From Porphyridium purpureum (taxonomy: Eukaryota): a stretch of 64,000 nt of DNA. A program made the position numbers and the translations under genes. The notes below the pieces were generated by a model, which was given only the letters and a program-made list of their open reading frames with translations, was not told the origin of the DNA and did not search any database. Location of the stretch: the NCBI GenBank assembly GCA_008690995.1, contig VRMN01000006.1, positions 372,001 through 436,000 of the forward strand, written 5' to 3'. Shown piece by piece: positions 20,779 to 29,585 of the stretch. How positions within the stretch are numbered: the first letter of the stretch is position 1; every line of letters starts with the position of its first letter.

Positions 20779-21723
20779 TCATCCGCTTCGATGCGCGTAG
20801 TAGCTGCCCAGTAGCCGATAGAAAGGTGAGATGCGCGCCAGATTGTGTAATGCGTTGCTGACACCGTCCTCCACGGCGCTGCCGAGAAAGTCGAGATAGA
20901 AAATGTACTCCCATCGCAGCTTGGTAACGCGACTTTCTTCTGCACTGTTCCCCAGCTGCGCCTCCAGCAAAGTCGCGACGTGCCGGGACTCGATCTTCGT
21001 GAGATCAATGTCCAGGGCAACAAAGACTGACAGCGCCTTGAAAAGAGCGCCCGGCGAGTTCGTCAATGTAAACGCAACCGACGTTTTGCACGGACGGCTC
21101 GCGTCGAGCGGTATTCTTGGCGTGGCACTCGCGTCCGGCGCTCCATCACTTCCGTTCTCGTCCTTGCGCGCCAAAATGAAGAAGCGGGTGTAATTTTCCT
21201 GCTGATCCTCGATGCCTTCTTCCAACACGTCCAAGCCGTACGCCACTGCGGCACGTCTGGATGCTATCGCCGCGGCGTCGGTGATATTGCTTGTTCTCAG
21301 CATCTGAGCACTTCCCGCAGTGTCAAACGCTTCCTCCGGAACAATGCTGTTTCTGGCAAGGTATCCCACGCACTGCATGAGTGCCATGGGATGGCTTATG
21401 GCCCGTTTGACCTGCGTGCGATCCACGCCAGGCAGCACCAGTAAGCAATGCTGCACCCTGAAGTCGATCTCGCCCACGATGCGCAGCTCGTTATACTTGA
21501 GCAGTAGATCATAATTCTGGTGGATAGTACCAGCCAGCGAGTTCTCGATGGGCAGCGCCGCGCGGTCAATCTCGCGCTCATTGAGCCGCCGCAGCAGCTC
21601 ACCAAACGACACACATGGCACTTTCTCGATCCCGCTCTCCCCGAAAAACTCCACGGCAGCGCCTTCCGAGTACGCTCCGGGCACTCCCTGGTACCCTACT
21701 CGAAGCACCGCGCCGCTCATCAT
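20779..21723 (-). CDS. Prephenate/arogenate dehydratase with ACT domain
   Basis: RVGYQGVPGAYSE, LPIENSLAGTIHQNYDLL, SHPMALMQC, DTAGSA, NYTRFFIL, KTSVAF...PGALFKALSVF...LTKIESR. First in-frame ATG is at 21723. Confidence 0.95.
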   Translation of the reverse strand: MMSGAVLRVGYQGVPGAYSEGAAVEFFGESGIEKVPCVSFGELLRRLNEREIDRAALPIENSLAGTIHQNYDLLLKYNELRIVGEIDFRVQHCLLVLPGVDRTQVKRAISHPMALMQCVGYLARNSIVPEEAFDTAGSAQMLRTSNITDAAAIASRRAAVAYGLDVLEEGIEDQQENYTRFFILARKDENGSDGAPDASATPRIPLDASRPCKTSVAFTLTNSPGALFKALSVFVALDIDLTKIESRHVATLLEAQLGNSAEESRVTKLRWEYIFYLDFLGSAVEDGVSNALHNLARISPFYRLLGSYYAHRSG

Positions 21724-22177
21724 GCGCGTCGTTGAACCGAAGCCGCACTCTGTCACACCGTTGCCACTACGCGCGTCCGCTGCGTCGCACGCTGTCCCGG
21801 CGTCGCGCCATCTCCGCAACACACGCGCGCCACGCGCAGCCGGTCTTTCGCATGAAAATGATAAAACGGCACCAATTTACTATACAAAATGTACCGTCGG
21901 TCGATCGACTTGAGTGGGGTCGAAGGGCGGTCGGTTGGTTTGGGGGCCGAGATGAAGAGGGGAGAGGGAGGGAGAGAAGTGTAGAGATTGTATTATTCTT
22001 CTGTCCGATACTCTGCCACGGAAGTCTTTACCTTTGATATCTATGGATTGAACTTCTGCCATGTATTGCGACTAGACCAAACCCAGCCCACTTAGGAAGC
22101 GCCCCGGACTTATTCCATAGCCGGCGGCGTGTCGACATCTGTGCGGCGACAAAGCGACGTGATCGTTTGGACGTGAT

Positions 22178-23077
22178 TTACTTGTTGGGGCCGGAGACGG
22201 GCTTATGGTTGGGAAACTCCCCGACGAGCTCCTCTATGCCGGTCTCGAGTTTCCGAGAGTGGATCATCAAGTCGATTGGCTGGAATGGATTCAGCAGGGA
22301 CTTGACCGTCAAGCGGTAGATTTTGATGAGCATCTGTGGGGAACGCACCCGCGGGAATGGAGATCGAAACGTACACAAGCACACACAAACACATAAATAT
22401 AGACACACACGCTTGCGGAAGGCACAACGGGCCACGTCAGTAACGAATTCTGCAACTGCACATAGGTCCACGCAACACTCGCTTCTCACCTCAAGAGCAC
22501 ATCACACTTACATTTTTCATGTACGCGTCTGATTCAGTGATGCTGCGCACGCCCACAATGAGCTTCAAGTTGGTGACTGTTAGAAGTCCATACAGCCGAA
22601 TCGATGCAACTGTTGCCATCCGCCCCAAATAGATTGTCTTGCGCGACGAGCCATCAATGTAGTCGTCAAAGATATCGAGCGTGCTGTACAGCACTTCCTC
22701 CATCTTCACTTCGGGGCCCTGAGACTGGTGGTACGGCAGGTCCACCAGCGCATCCAGATAGATCTTCAGGAACAATTGCGAATTCTTTCACAGCGCGGAT
22801 GCAACACATTCGAATCAAGATCAGTCAATATCTGGCGCACTGGTGTTCGGTGCGCTTTTCTAAGCACGCGACGCAGGTCCAACGGAACACAGGTCGATAA
22901 TACGCACAGCGCCAGCGTGCGCAAACCCAAACGCAAAAGTGATATGACCTGCGCACTTACCCTTTCGCCAATGACTGCCACGCATGCCACCTGCGGTGCT
23001 TCGATGGGGGTCAGCTTGCAAGGCTCAGTGATCGACGAATCCGGCTTGGTGATGGCCAGTGCCGGATTAATCTCCAT
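22178..23077 (-). CDS. TRAPPC2L: TRAPP complex subunit 2-like (sedlin family), 3 exons: 23077-22961, 22784-22512, 22333-22178
   Basis: Two phase-0 GTAAGT...AG introns (176 and 178 nt). The spliced product reads VACVAVIGER|NSQLFLK...STLDIFDD...YLG...LYGLLTVTNLKLIV...|MLIKIYRL....LLNPF, the sedlin pattern. Confidence 0.85.
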
Positions 23078-23191
23078 CCCGACCGACCCTTCGCGGGTCC
23101 CGTGCGGAATACGAAAGAGCCGGGCTGCCTTGTCAGTCTTCAACTTTCCGCTCCCCGCGCCAAGTTTGACAATGTGACAGACCCGCACAGG

Positions 23192-23219
<28 letters not shown>
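23192..23219. repeat. (CT)14 microsatellite
   Basis: Read directly, upstream of the TRAPPC2L gene. Confidence 0.95.
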
Positions 23220-23224
<5 letters not shown>

Positions 23225-23580
23225 GTGCGTGAGCCTCGTCTTTTTACCTACGTGTGTCTTGCCTCGTTGCGGGCCAGGTCACGTCACGTCGCAGCACGCC
23301 CGCATGCACATACCCAGCAGGCACGCACACACTCACGCAGCCGTGCGGAGTACAGGCGCGAGGCGTGAAGCGCTGCAAAGGTCGTGGGGGGCAGAGTTCG
23401 GCCCAGGCGTGCAGCAAGCTCATAAGACGCAGGCGCAACGAGTTGACTGTCCGGCACGCGGCTGAGTGCAGGAGGCGTCGAGTGGTGCGCGTGTTCTCGA
23501 GGTTTGTTGTATCCAGCCGAAAAGCTTGGGTTCCTACGAGAACGAACCGTTTTTAGTACGAAACGAGCGCGAGCTGGGGG

Positions 23581-23841
23581 ATGAATGACGCGGAGCAGCA
23601 GCCAAGCGATGAAGCGGTGCTGAGCTCGCTAGTGGCGCGTATATCACGAGTGGCAGAGCAGGTGGTGGGTTTACTCGAGCGGATTCGCGAGCAAGGAGGT
23701 AGCGCAGAACGGTGCACGGCCATTGACGAGACGGTGCGGTGCTTGCAGCGGCTGCAGGCAAGCGTCACGGGCATTCTCGAGCTGGCGCCGCCGGAAAACG
23801 CGCCCACGTACACAACGCACGCGCACGGCTCGAGCGCATGA
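23581..23841 (+). CDS. Small two-helix protein, possibly Mediator subunit MED11-like
   Basis: 86-aa ATG ORF with amphipathic heptad pattern (LSSLVARISRVAEQVVGLLERI...LQRLQASV...PPENAPTY). The family call is tentative. Confidence 0.5.
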   Translation: MNDAEQQPSDEAVLSSLVARISRVAEQVVGLLERIREQGGSAERCTAIDETVRCLQRLQASVTGILELAPPENAPTYTTHAHGSSA

Positions 23842-23845
23842 TACT

Positions 23846-25468
23846 ATGCCTTTTGTTGGATGCCTGCACGTGCGCGCTCACACACAAGTGGGCACCCAGA
23901 GCGCCGCGCGAGCCTCTTGTGCTGCGCACACGCGCGGGAGCAGAGCCGGACGCTCGCCTGCGTGTCTTATGACCGCGTCTTCGTCATCATCATCGTCCTC
24001 GGCATCATCATCTTCTCGTAGAGGCGACGCGGCGATCAAAAGCGAACCGGCCAGTGGGCTGTACGGTGTGCTCAATGTGGGGCACCAGGCAACTTCCAAG
24101 GAAATTCGAACGGCATACCTGGAACGCTGCAAAACGCTGCACCCGGACGTATCCGTGGGAGACAAGAGGCCATTCTCGTCCTCGCCTGTGACTTTCGAGC
24201 AAGTACAGGAAGCCTACGATATTCTGAGCGATGAGGAGATGCGTGCTGTGTACGATCGGACGGGCAGAGTCGGCATCGAGACGTTTCGGGTAGTTCGCGA
24301 GCGCGCGGCACAGTCTGCGAACACGTACAGGAATGAACCTATTTCCTTTGAGGAATACGAAACGGCGGGCACAAGTCTGCTGTCAGCGGCGCCAGGAGTG
24401 GATGATGATCTGAGCGCAGATGCGGCGGAAGAGGACGAAGGCAACGATGCGTGCCCACGGTCCGTCGAGCAAGCGATCTACAATGCCACACAGCACCCGG
24501 ATGGCGCGACGCGCTACTATGCATTGTGGTGGATTTCGCGCTTTCGTGTAGCGGAGGCTGAGTCGGCGCTCGTTAACGTGCTGCTGGACCCTACAGCCAA
24601 CGGGCTGCATCCGAACGATTTTTCGCGTGCGAATGCGCTCCGGCGCCGAGCGGCGCTGGCGTTGGGAAACATGGCGGCACCGCCTGCCAAGGGCATAGAT
24701 GAGTACAAATTCAGGGACGAGCGCACAACAGGCGCGCTTGCGCGTGCACTCGATAGTGACGATTACTTTTTGCGGTACCGCTGCGCAGAGGCTTTGGCCA
24801 GAATTGCCATGCGCAATGGGGGCCGCGAAGGATTTGACGCGTACACTTTCCTAGCGCTCAGCCGGCTACTCGAGCGCGGATGCGCAAAACTCGAGCGTCA
24901 GAGCGCGTCGGCGTCTGGATTCTCGAAGCAGGAGAGCCTGTTCGAACTGGACAACTTGCAGCCGGAAGTGGCCGCCAAACTGAAGACGATTTTTGAACAG
25001 CGTCGGAACGCGGAGTCCAAGTCGCGCCGCACGACCATGACACCGAATTTGGATGTTGAGCTACACGCAGACGACGAGCCTTTGGAGTGGGCGCTCAAGG
25101 CGGTGGGCGCGTTGGGATACGTCGAGTCAAAGGCGCGCGTGGAGCAACTGCTGGAGCACCCGATTCCGCTGACCAAGTACGCGGCACACAAGGCCATGTA
25201 CCAATTTACGAAGGACGCGGGCTACTTGGAGCCCATTGTGGCCGCGCTGGAGTTTGGGCAGGAGCACCACTACTCGCAGCGCGTGCTGATCCGCGACCTG
25301 GGCGACGTCGGGTACGCCGCTGCGGCCCGGGCGATTGCGAACTGCGGGATGGTCGAAAACAGCTTCAAGATCTTGGCGCTCCGCACGCTGCTGCACAATT
25401 GCGGCTACGACCCGGTGCAAGCGCCGGAGCTGCGCGCCGTGTACACGTACATGGACGAGCTGCTGTAA
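23846..25468 (+). CDS. cpcE: Plastid-targeted fusion of a DnaJ J-domain and a CpcE-type (HEAT-repeat) phycobilin lyase
   Basis: MPFV plus Ser/Arg-rich transit peptide; J-domain LYGVLNV...EIRTAY...LHPD...F..VQEAYDILSD...R..YD; CpcE motifs SVEQAI.N, RYYALWWISRFRV, LRRRAALALG, DYFLR, YAAHKAMYQFT, DLGDVGY, ENSFKILALR. Confidence 0.9.
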   Translation: MPFVGCLHVRAHTQVGTQSAARASCAAHTRGSRAGRSPACLMTASSSSSSSSASSSSRRGDAAIKSEPASGLYGVLNVGHQATSKEIRTAYLERCKTLHPDVSVGDKRPFSSSPVTFEQVQEAYDILSDEEMRAVYDRTGRVGIETFRVVRERAAQSANTYRNEPISFEEYETAGTSLLSAAPGVDDDLSADAAEEDEGNDACPRSVEQAIYNATQHPDGATRYYALWWISRFRVAEAESALVNVLLDPTANGLHPNDFSRANALRRRAALALGNMAAPPAKGIDEYKFRDERTTGALARALDSDDYFLRYRCAEALARIAMRNGGREGFDAYTFLALSRLLERGCAKLERQSASASGFSKQESLFELDNLQPEVAAKLKTIFEQRRNAESKSRRTTMTPNLDVELHADDEPLEWALKAVGALGYVESKARVEQLLEHPIPLTKYAAHKAMYQFTKDAGYLEPIVAALEFGQEHHYSQRVLIRDLGDVGYAAAARAIANCGMVENSFKILALRTLLHNCGYDPVQAPELRAVYTYMDELL

Positions 25469-25520
25469 TACCTGCGGCTCGCCACACTCACCACTGTCCA
25501 CCCCGCGCTTCCAACGTCAC

Positions 25521-25546
25521 GTTCTTTTTTAACGTTAAAAAAGAAC
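25521..25546. repeat. Perfect 26-bp palindrome
   Basis: GTTCTTTTTTAAC|GTTAAAAAAGAAC. Confidence 0.9.
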
Positions 25547-25581
25547 TTTTCTTTAACATTCGCGAGTTGTGCGCCGTTTGC

Positions 25582-25649
25582 GCGCGAAACTGCGTGGCGA
25601 TTTTGGCGCGTGAAAAAAAAAAAAAAAACAACCGCGCCCATTTTCGCGC
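25582..25649. promoter_or_regulatory. Cluster of three E2F-type sites upstream of MCM7
   Basis: TTTSSCGC matches at 25582-25589 (reverse strand), 25602-25609 and 25642-25649, flanking an A16 tract. Confidence 0.55.
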
Positions 25650-25922
25650 GCACACGCGTGCATATGCCGCACCACACCCCCCTATGTGACCGACGATCAT
25701 GCCATCACTCGCAGCGCGGTGGCGGGTACAAGGAAGCGGGTCTGCACTTGCACAGCTCGCGACTCACGCGCGGGCGAGACAGAGCTGCGCCAGAACAGAA
25801 GGGCAGGCACGTGGACACAGACGGACTCGGTGCGGACAACACGATTGCCTTGGAGCCAGCGCCGCGAGGCCAGGGGGGATTCTGTGTGCGTGTGTGTGAG
25901 GAATCGAAGCGCGGCGTGAGCA

Positions 25923-28466
25923 ATGGACGCGCTCGGAGTGCCGAGCTCAGCCGAGCAGCGGCCCGATTATGAGCAGCTCAAGGAACGGTGCAAGGAGTTT
26001 CTGAAGGACCACAAGGTGGATGTGGGGCTACAGGCCGAGTACGGGACTGGCGACTCGCCAGATGTGTTCGAGACAGACGCGCTGCTGCGCGATCAGGACA
26101 GCGGGCTCGCCGGCTTCAAGTACCTGACGCAGCTGCTCGCCATTAAGAAGCGTATGTCGCGTGTGCTCACCGTCGAGTTGGATGATGTGATCGCACATGG
26201 AGAGGTGGACGTGTCGAACACAGCTGGCATTCATCTTGCGGAGGAGATCATGACCAACACCAAGCGCTACGTCGACTTGTTTGCGCGCGCCGCTGACGAG
26301 CTGCTGGAGACAGAGGAGGAGCTCGTGACTGCGCAGGTGTCGCAAGCGACCGCAGAGCCTCTGGACGTGCTCATGGAGTCGCGCCGCCGCCATCAGGCCG
26401 AACACGCGGCCGAGCGGCAGCGCCAGGCGCAGAACGAAGGCCTTCGCATCATCATGGGCGATCCGAGCGACGGACACGGCTTGTACGACAATGGCGCTGA
26501 GGATGTGATTCCGGCGCCGTTGACCCGTCGCTTTCAGGTGCTCTTTATTCCGCCCACTGCGCAAGGCAAGCCGCTTTCGCTCCGCCAGATCCGCGCCGAC
26601 GACATTGGGAAGCTCGTCACATTTACGGGTGTGGTCACGCGTGTGTCCGAGGTCAAGCCCAAAGTGGTCGTAGCTGGATTTTCGTGCGACACTTGCGGTT
26701 CGGAAGTTTACCAGGAGGTGAAGAACCGCCAGTTCCTTCCGATCTCAGAGTGCCCGCATCCGGACCACAAACTGAACAAGACGATCAGCCGCCTGAGCTT
26801 GAACACGCGCACAACGAAATTCTCGAAATTTCAGGAGCTGAAGATCCAAGAGAATGCGGACCAAGTTCCGGTGGGCGCGATCCCGCGTACGATGACCGTG
26901 CATCTGAACGGCGAAGTGACGCGCAGCGCGACGGCCGGAGACGTGGTCAAAGTCAGTGGTGTGTTCCTGCCCGTGCCGTATTCTGGGCTGGCCGCACTAA
27001 AGGCCGGTCTTCTATCGGACACGTATGTCGAGGCGTTCCACGTCGAGCAGCTGCGCAAGAGTTACGAGAAGGAAGCGTTCAGTCCCGAGATTCACGCCGC
27101 TGTGGAAGAGATCATGCAGGGCGGAAACATCTTTGATCGGCTCTCGCAGAGCATCGCGCCGGAAATCTACGGTCACGAAGATGTGAAGAAGGCGCTGTTG
27201 CTGTTAATGGTCGGCGCGCCGGAGCAGAATCTCATGGACGGCATGCGGCTGCGGGGCGATCTCCACATCATGCTCATGGGAGACCCGGGGGTGGCCAAGT
27301 CGCAGCTGCTCAAGTACCTGGCACGTGCGACGCCGCGAGGCGTGTACACGACCGGGAAAGGCTCGTCCGGCGTTGGTCTGACGGCCGCGGTGGTGCGCGA
27401 CAGCGTCACGAACGAGCTGATGCTCGAGGGTGGCGCGCTGATTTTGGCCGACCGCGGCATTTGCTGCATTGATGAGTTTGACAAGATGAACGAGATTGAC
27501 CGCACCGCGATTCACGAGGTGATGGAGCAGCAGACTGTGTCGATTGCCAAGGCCGGCATTACTACGACCTTGAATGCGCGCGCGGCGGTGCTGGCCGCTG
27601 CGAATCCGGCGTACGGACGCTACAACCGACGCAAGCCGCCTGCACAGAACATCAACCTTCCCGCCGCGTTGCTGTCACGTTTTGACCTCTTATTTCTGCT
27701 GCTTGACGAGGCCGACCCAGGAAAGGACCTGCGCCTGGCGCAACACGTGACGCACGTGCACCGCACGGGCAAGAACCCGCCGCTGACCTTTTCGCCGGTG
27801 AGTCTGGACGTGCTCCGCGCGTACGTGGCCAAGGCCCGCGCGATGCCGAGCCCTGTGATTCCGTCCGACGGCCTGCTGTCCGAGTATGTTGTGAATCATT
27901 ACATCTCCATGCGTGAGGAGGAGAAGGAGGCCGGCACAAAGGCGAGCGGATATACGACGGCGCGCTCTTTGCTGAGCATCCTGCGCCTTGCTCAGGCGCT
28001 GACGCGGCTGAGATTGAGCGACGAAGTCACACAAGACGACGTGGACGAGGCGGTCCGGCTGATCAAGGCCAGCAAGGAGTCGATCAGCGAGGAGCCCGTG
28101 CTCGGCGCCGGTGGCGGTAGCCAGGACCCGATTTCGGCGATTTACATGCTCATCCGTGCACTTGCGCGCGAGTCGGAGCTTCAAGACGGCGACGCCATGG
28201 ACGACGACGAAGACGACGACGACGACGAGGCGCGTGTGGCGGGTGGGAACGCGTCATCGCGCGCGCGCTCGACGCCTGCGCGGGCGGGCCATGCTTCATC
28301 TGGGGCGGGCGCTCGCGCGCTCGCGATCCCGATCCCTCGCATCGAAAACCGCGTGCTTGCCGCGGGCTTCTCGCGCCAGCAGCTCGAAGACTGCCTGCAA
28401 GAATACGACGCGATCAACGTGTGGATCTACGACGTGTTTGCGCAGAAGCTTCGATTCCTCGCCTAA
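25923..28466 (+). CDS. MCM7: DNA replication licensing factor MCM7
   Basis: KFQELKIQE..DQVPVG.IPR, LKAGLLSDTY, SIAPEIYGHEDVKKALLLL, MGDPGVAKSQLL, CCIDEFDKM, NINLPAALLSRFDL. Confidence 0.98.
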   Translation: MDALGVPSSAEQRPDYEQLKERCKEFLKDHKVDVGLQAEYGTGDSPDVFETDALLRDQDSGLAGFKYLTQLLAIKKRMSRVLTVELDDVIAHGEVDVSNTAGIHLAEEIMTNTKRYVDLFARAADELLETEEELVTAQVSQATAEPLDVLMESRRRHQAEHAAERQRQAQNEGLRIIMGDPSDGHGLYDNGAEDVIPAPLTRRFQVLFIPPTAQGKPLSLRQIRADDIGKLVTFTGVVTRVSEVKPKVVVAGFSCDTCGSEVYQEVKNRQFLPISECPHPDHKLNKTISRLSLNTRTTKFSKFQELKIQENADQVPVGAIPRTMTVHLNGEVTRSATAGDVVKVSGVFLPVPYSGLAALKAGLLSDTYVEAFHVEQLRKSYEKEAFSPEIHAAVEEIMQGGNIFDRLSQSIAPEIYGHEDVKKALLLLMVGAPEQNLMDGMRLRGDLHIMLMGDPGVAKSQLLKYLARATPRGVYTTGKGSSGVGLTAAVVRDSVTNELMLEGGALILADRGICCIDEFDKMNEIDRTAIHEVMEQQTVSIAKAGITTTLNARAAVLAAANPAYGRYNRRKPPAQNINLPAALLSRFDLLFLLLDEADPGKDLRLAQHVTHVHRTGKNPPLTFSPVSLDVLRAYVAKARAMPSPVIPSDGLLSEYVVNHYISMREEEKEAGTKASGYTTARSLLSILRLAQALTRLRLSDEVTQDDVDEAVRLIKASKESISEEPVLGAGGGSQDPISAIYMLIRALARESELQDGDAMDDDEDDDDDEARVAGGNASSRARSTPARAGHASSGAGARALAIPIPRIENRVLAAGFSRQQLEDCLQEYDAINVWIYDVFAQKLRFLA

Positions 28467-28949
28467 CGCCTCGCCGCCCATCTGCCCCCACCTCAATCCA
28501 AACATCCACAAATCCGAACCCTATAAAAACCACCAACAACCCCCTAACCCTACCCTGCCTCGCTGTCATGAAAACGGCACCAAAAAACAAGGCTGCTCGA
28601 CACGCTGCCGCGAGCGACGAAACCCGCGCGGAATTTCCATAAAAACCGGCCGGTTTCATCGCCTTCGAAAGCTCGCTGCGCGCCTTCAAATTTTGCCTCT
28701 TTTTGCCTCTTTTTGCCTTTTGGCCTAAGTTTGACTGTTTTTGACGGTTGTTGACTGATTTTGGCTGTTTTTGGCTGTTTTTCTTGTTCGTGGCTTGCAC
28801 GCTGATGGTTCTAGGGCGCGCGCGCGCGCGAGCGGAACACCCGAACTTTGACCGCTTTTTGTTGGCGGCAAGCGCGCGCTCGCAGCGGCGTGCATTGTGT
28901 CAAGCGAGAGAAGTGTGCTCGCACGCCCTGTTTTTCATATGTGTTTTGT

Positions 28950-28989
28950 GCTGGTGCGCTGGTGCGCTGGTGCGCTGGTGCGCTGGTGC
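28950..28989. repeat. 8-bp tandem repeat (GCTGGTGC) x5
   Basis: Read directly. Confidence 0.9.
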
Positions 28990-29585
28990 GGTGTTGCGCT
29001 TTGCGCGCGCGCGTGCGAGTCGAAGGTGGTGCGGTAACACACAGCTTCTGATGCACGCGTACGTGGGAATAGGAACCGGGAGCCGTGACCGTGGTGGTGG
29101 GCGGTGTGTTGCAGTGGCCGGGGCGCGCTGCAATGACGCATCAATTGACGCCGAATAAGGAGCACGCACGGAGGGAGAAATGGAGCAAGTGTGACTGTGT
29201 GCGTATGCATGTGCATGCGTGTATTTGAGAGTGTTTCCCTAGGGACGTGTGCATAAAGGACGAAGGGGGTGGGGAGGCGGTCGAGGTGGTGGGTGTGGAG
29301 TCGGGTGGGGGAGGAGTCGGGAGTGGAGGAAAGAGGAGGAGGAGGAGGAGGAGGACGGGGGGAAGCAGGAGGAGGGAGCGGGCGCGCGGGAGTGAGGAAG
29401 ATGTTGAAGGAGCAAAGGAGAGGAGAGACGGGAGACGACGCAGAGAGGATGCTGGGCGGCATGCGCGGGATAAAGGCCGGCGTTGTGGTGGACGCGCCCG
29501 CGGCGCAGCGGCATGTGGTGCAGCTGCCGCGCCGCCGCGCGCCGTGAGCCGCGACGAAGAGGAGCCGTGCGTGAACGAGCAGCGC

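Noticed and set aside
3013..23077. Functional cluster of membrane-trafficking genes (C2, Mon1-like, NSF, Sec14, SVIP, TRAPPC2L)
   Set aside because: Interspersed with unrelated genes; a common functional class, so chance is sufficient without an enrichment test.
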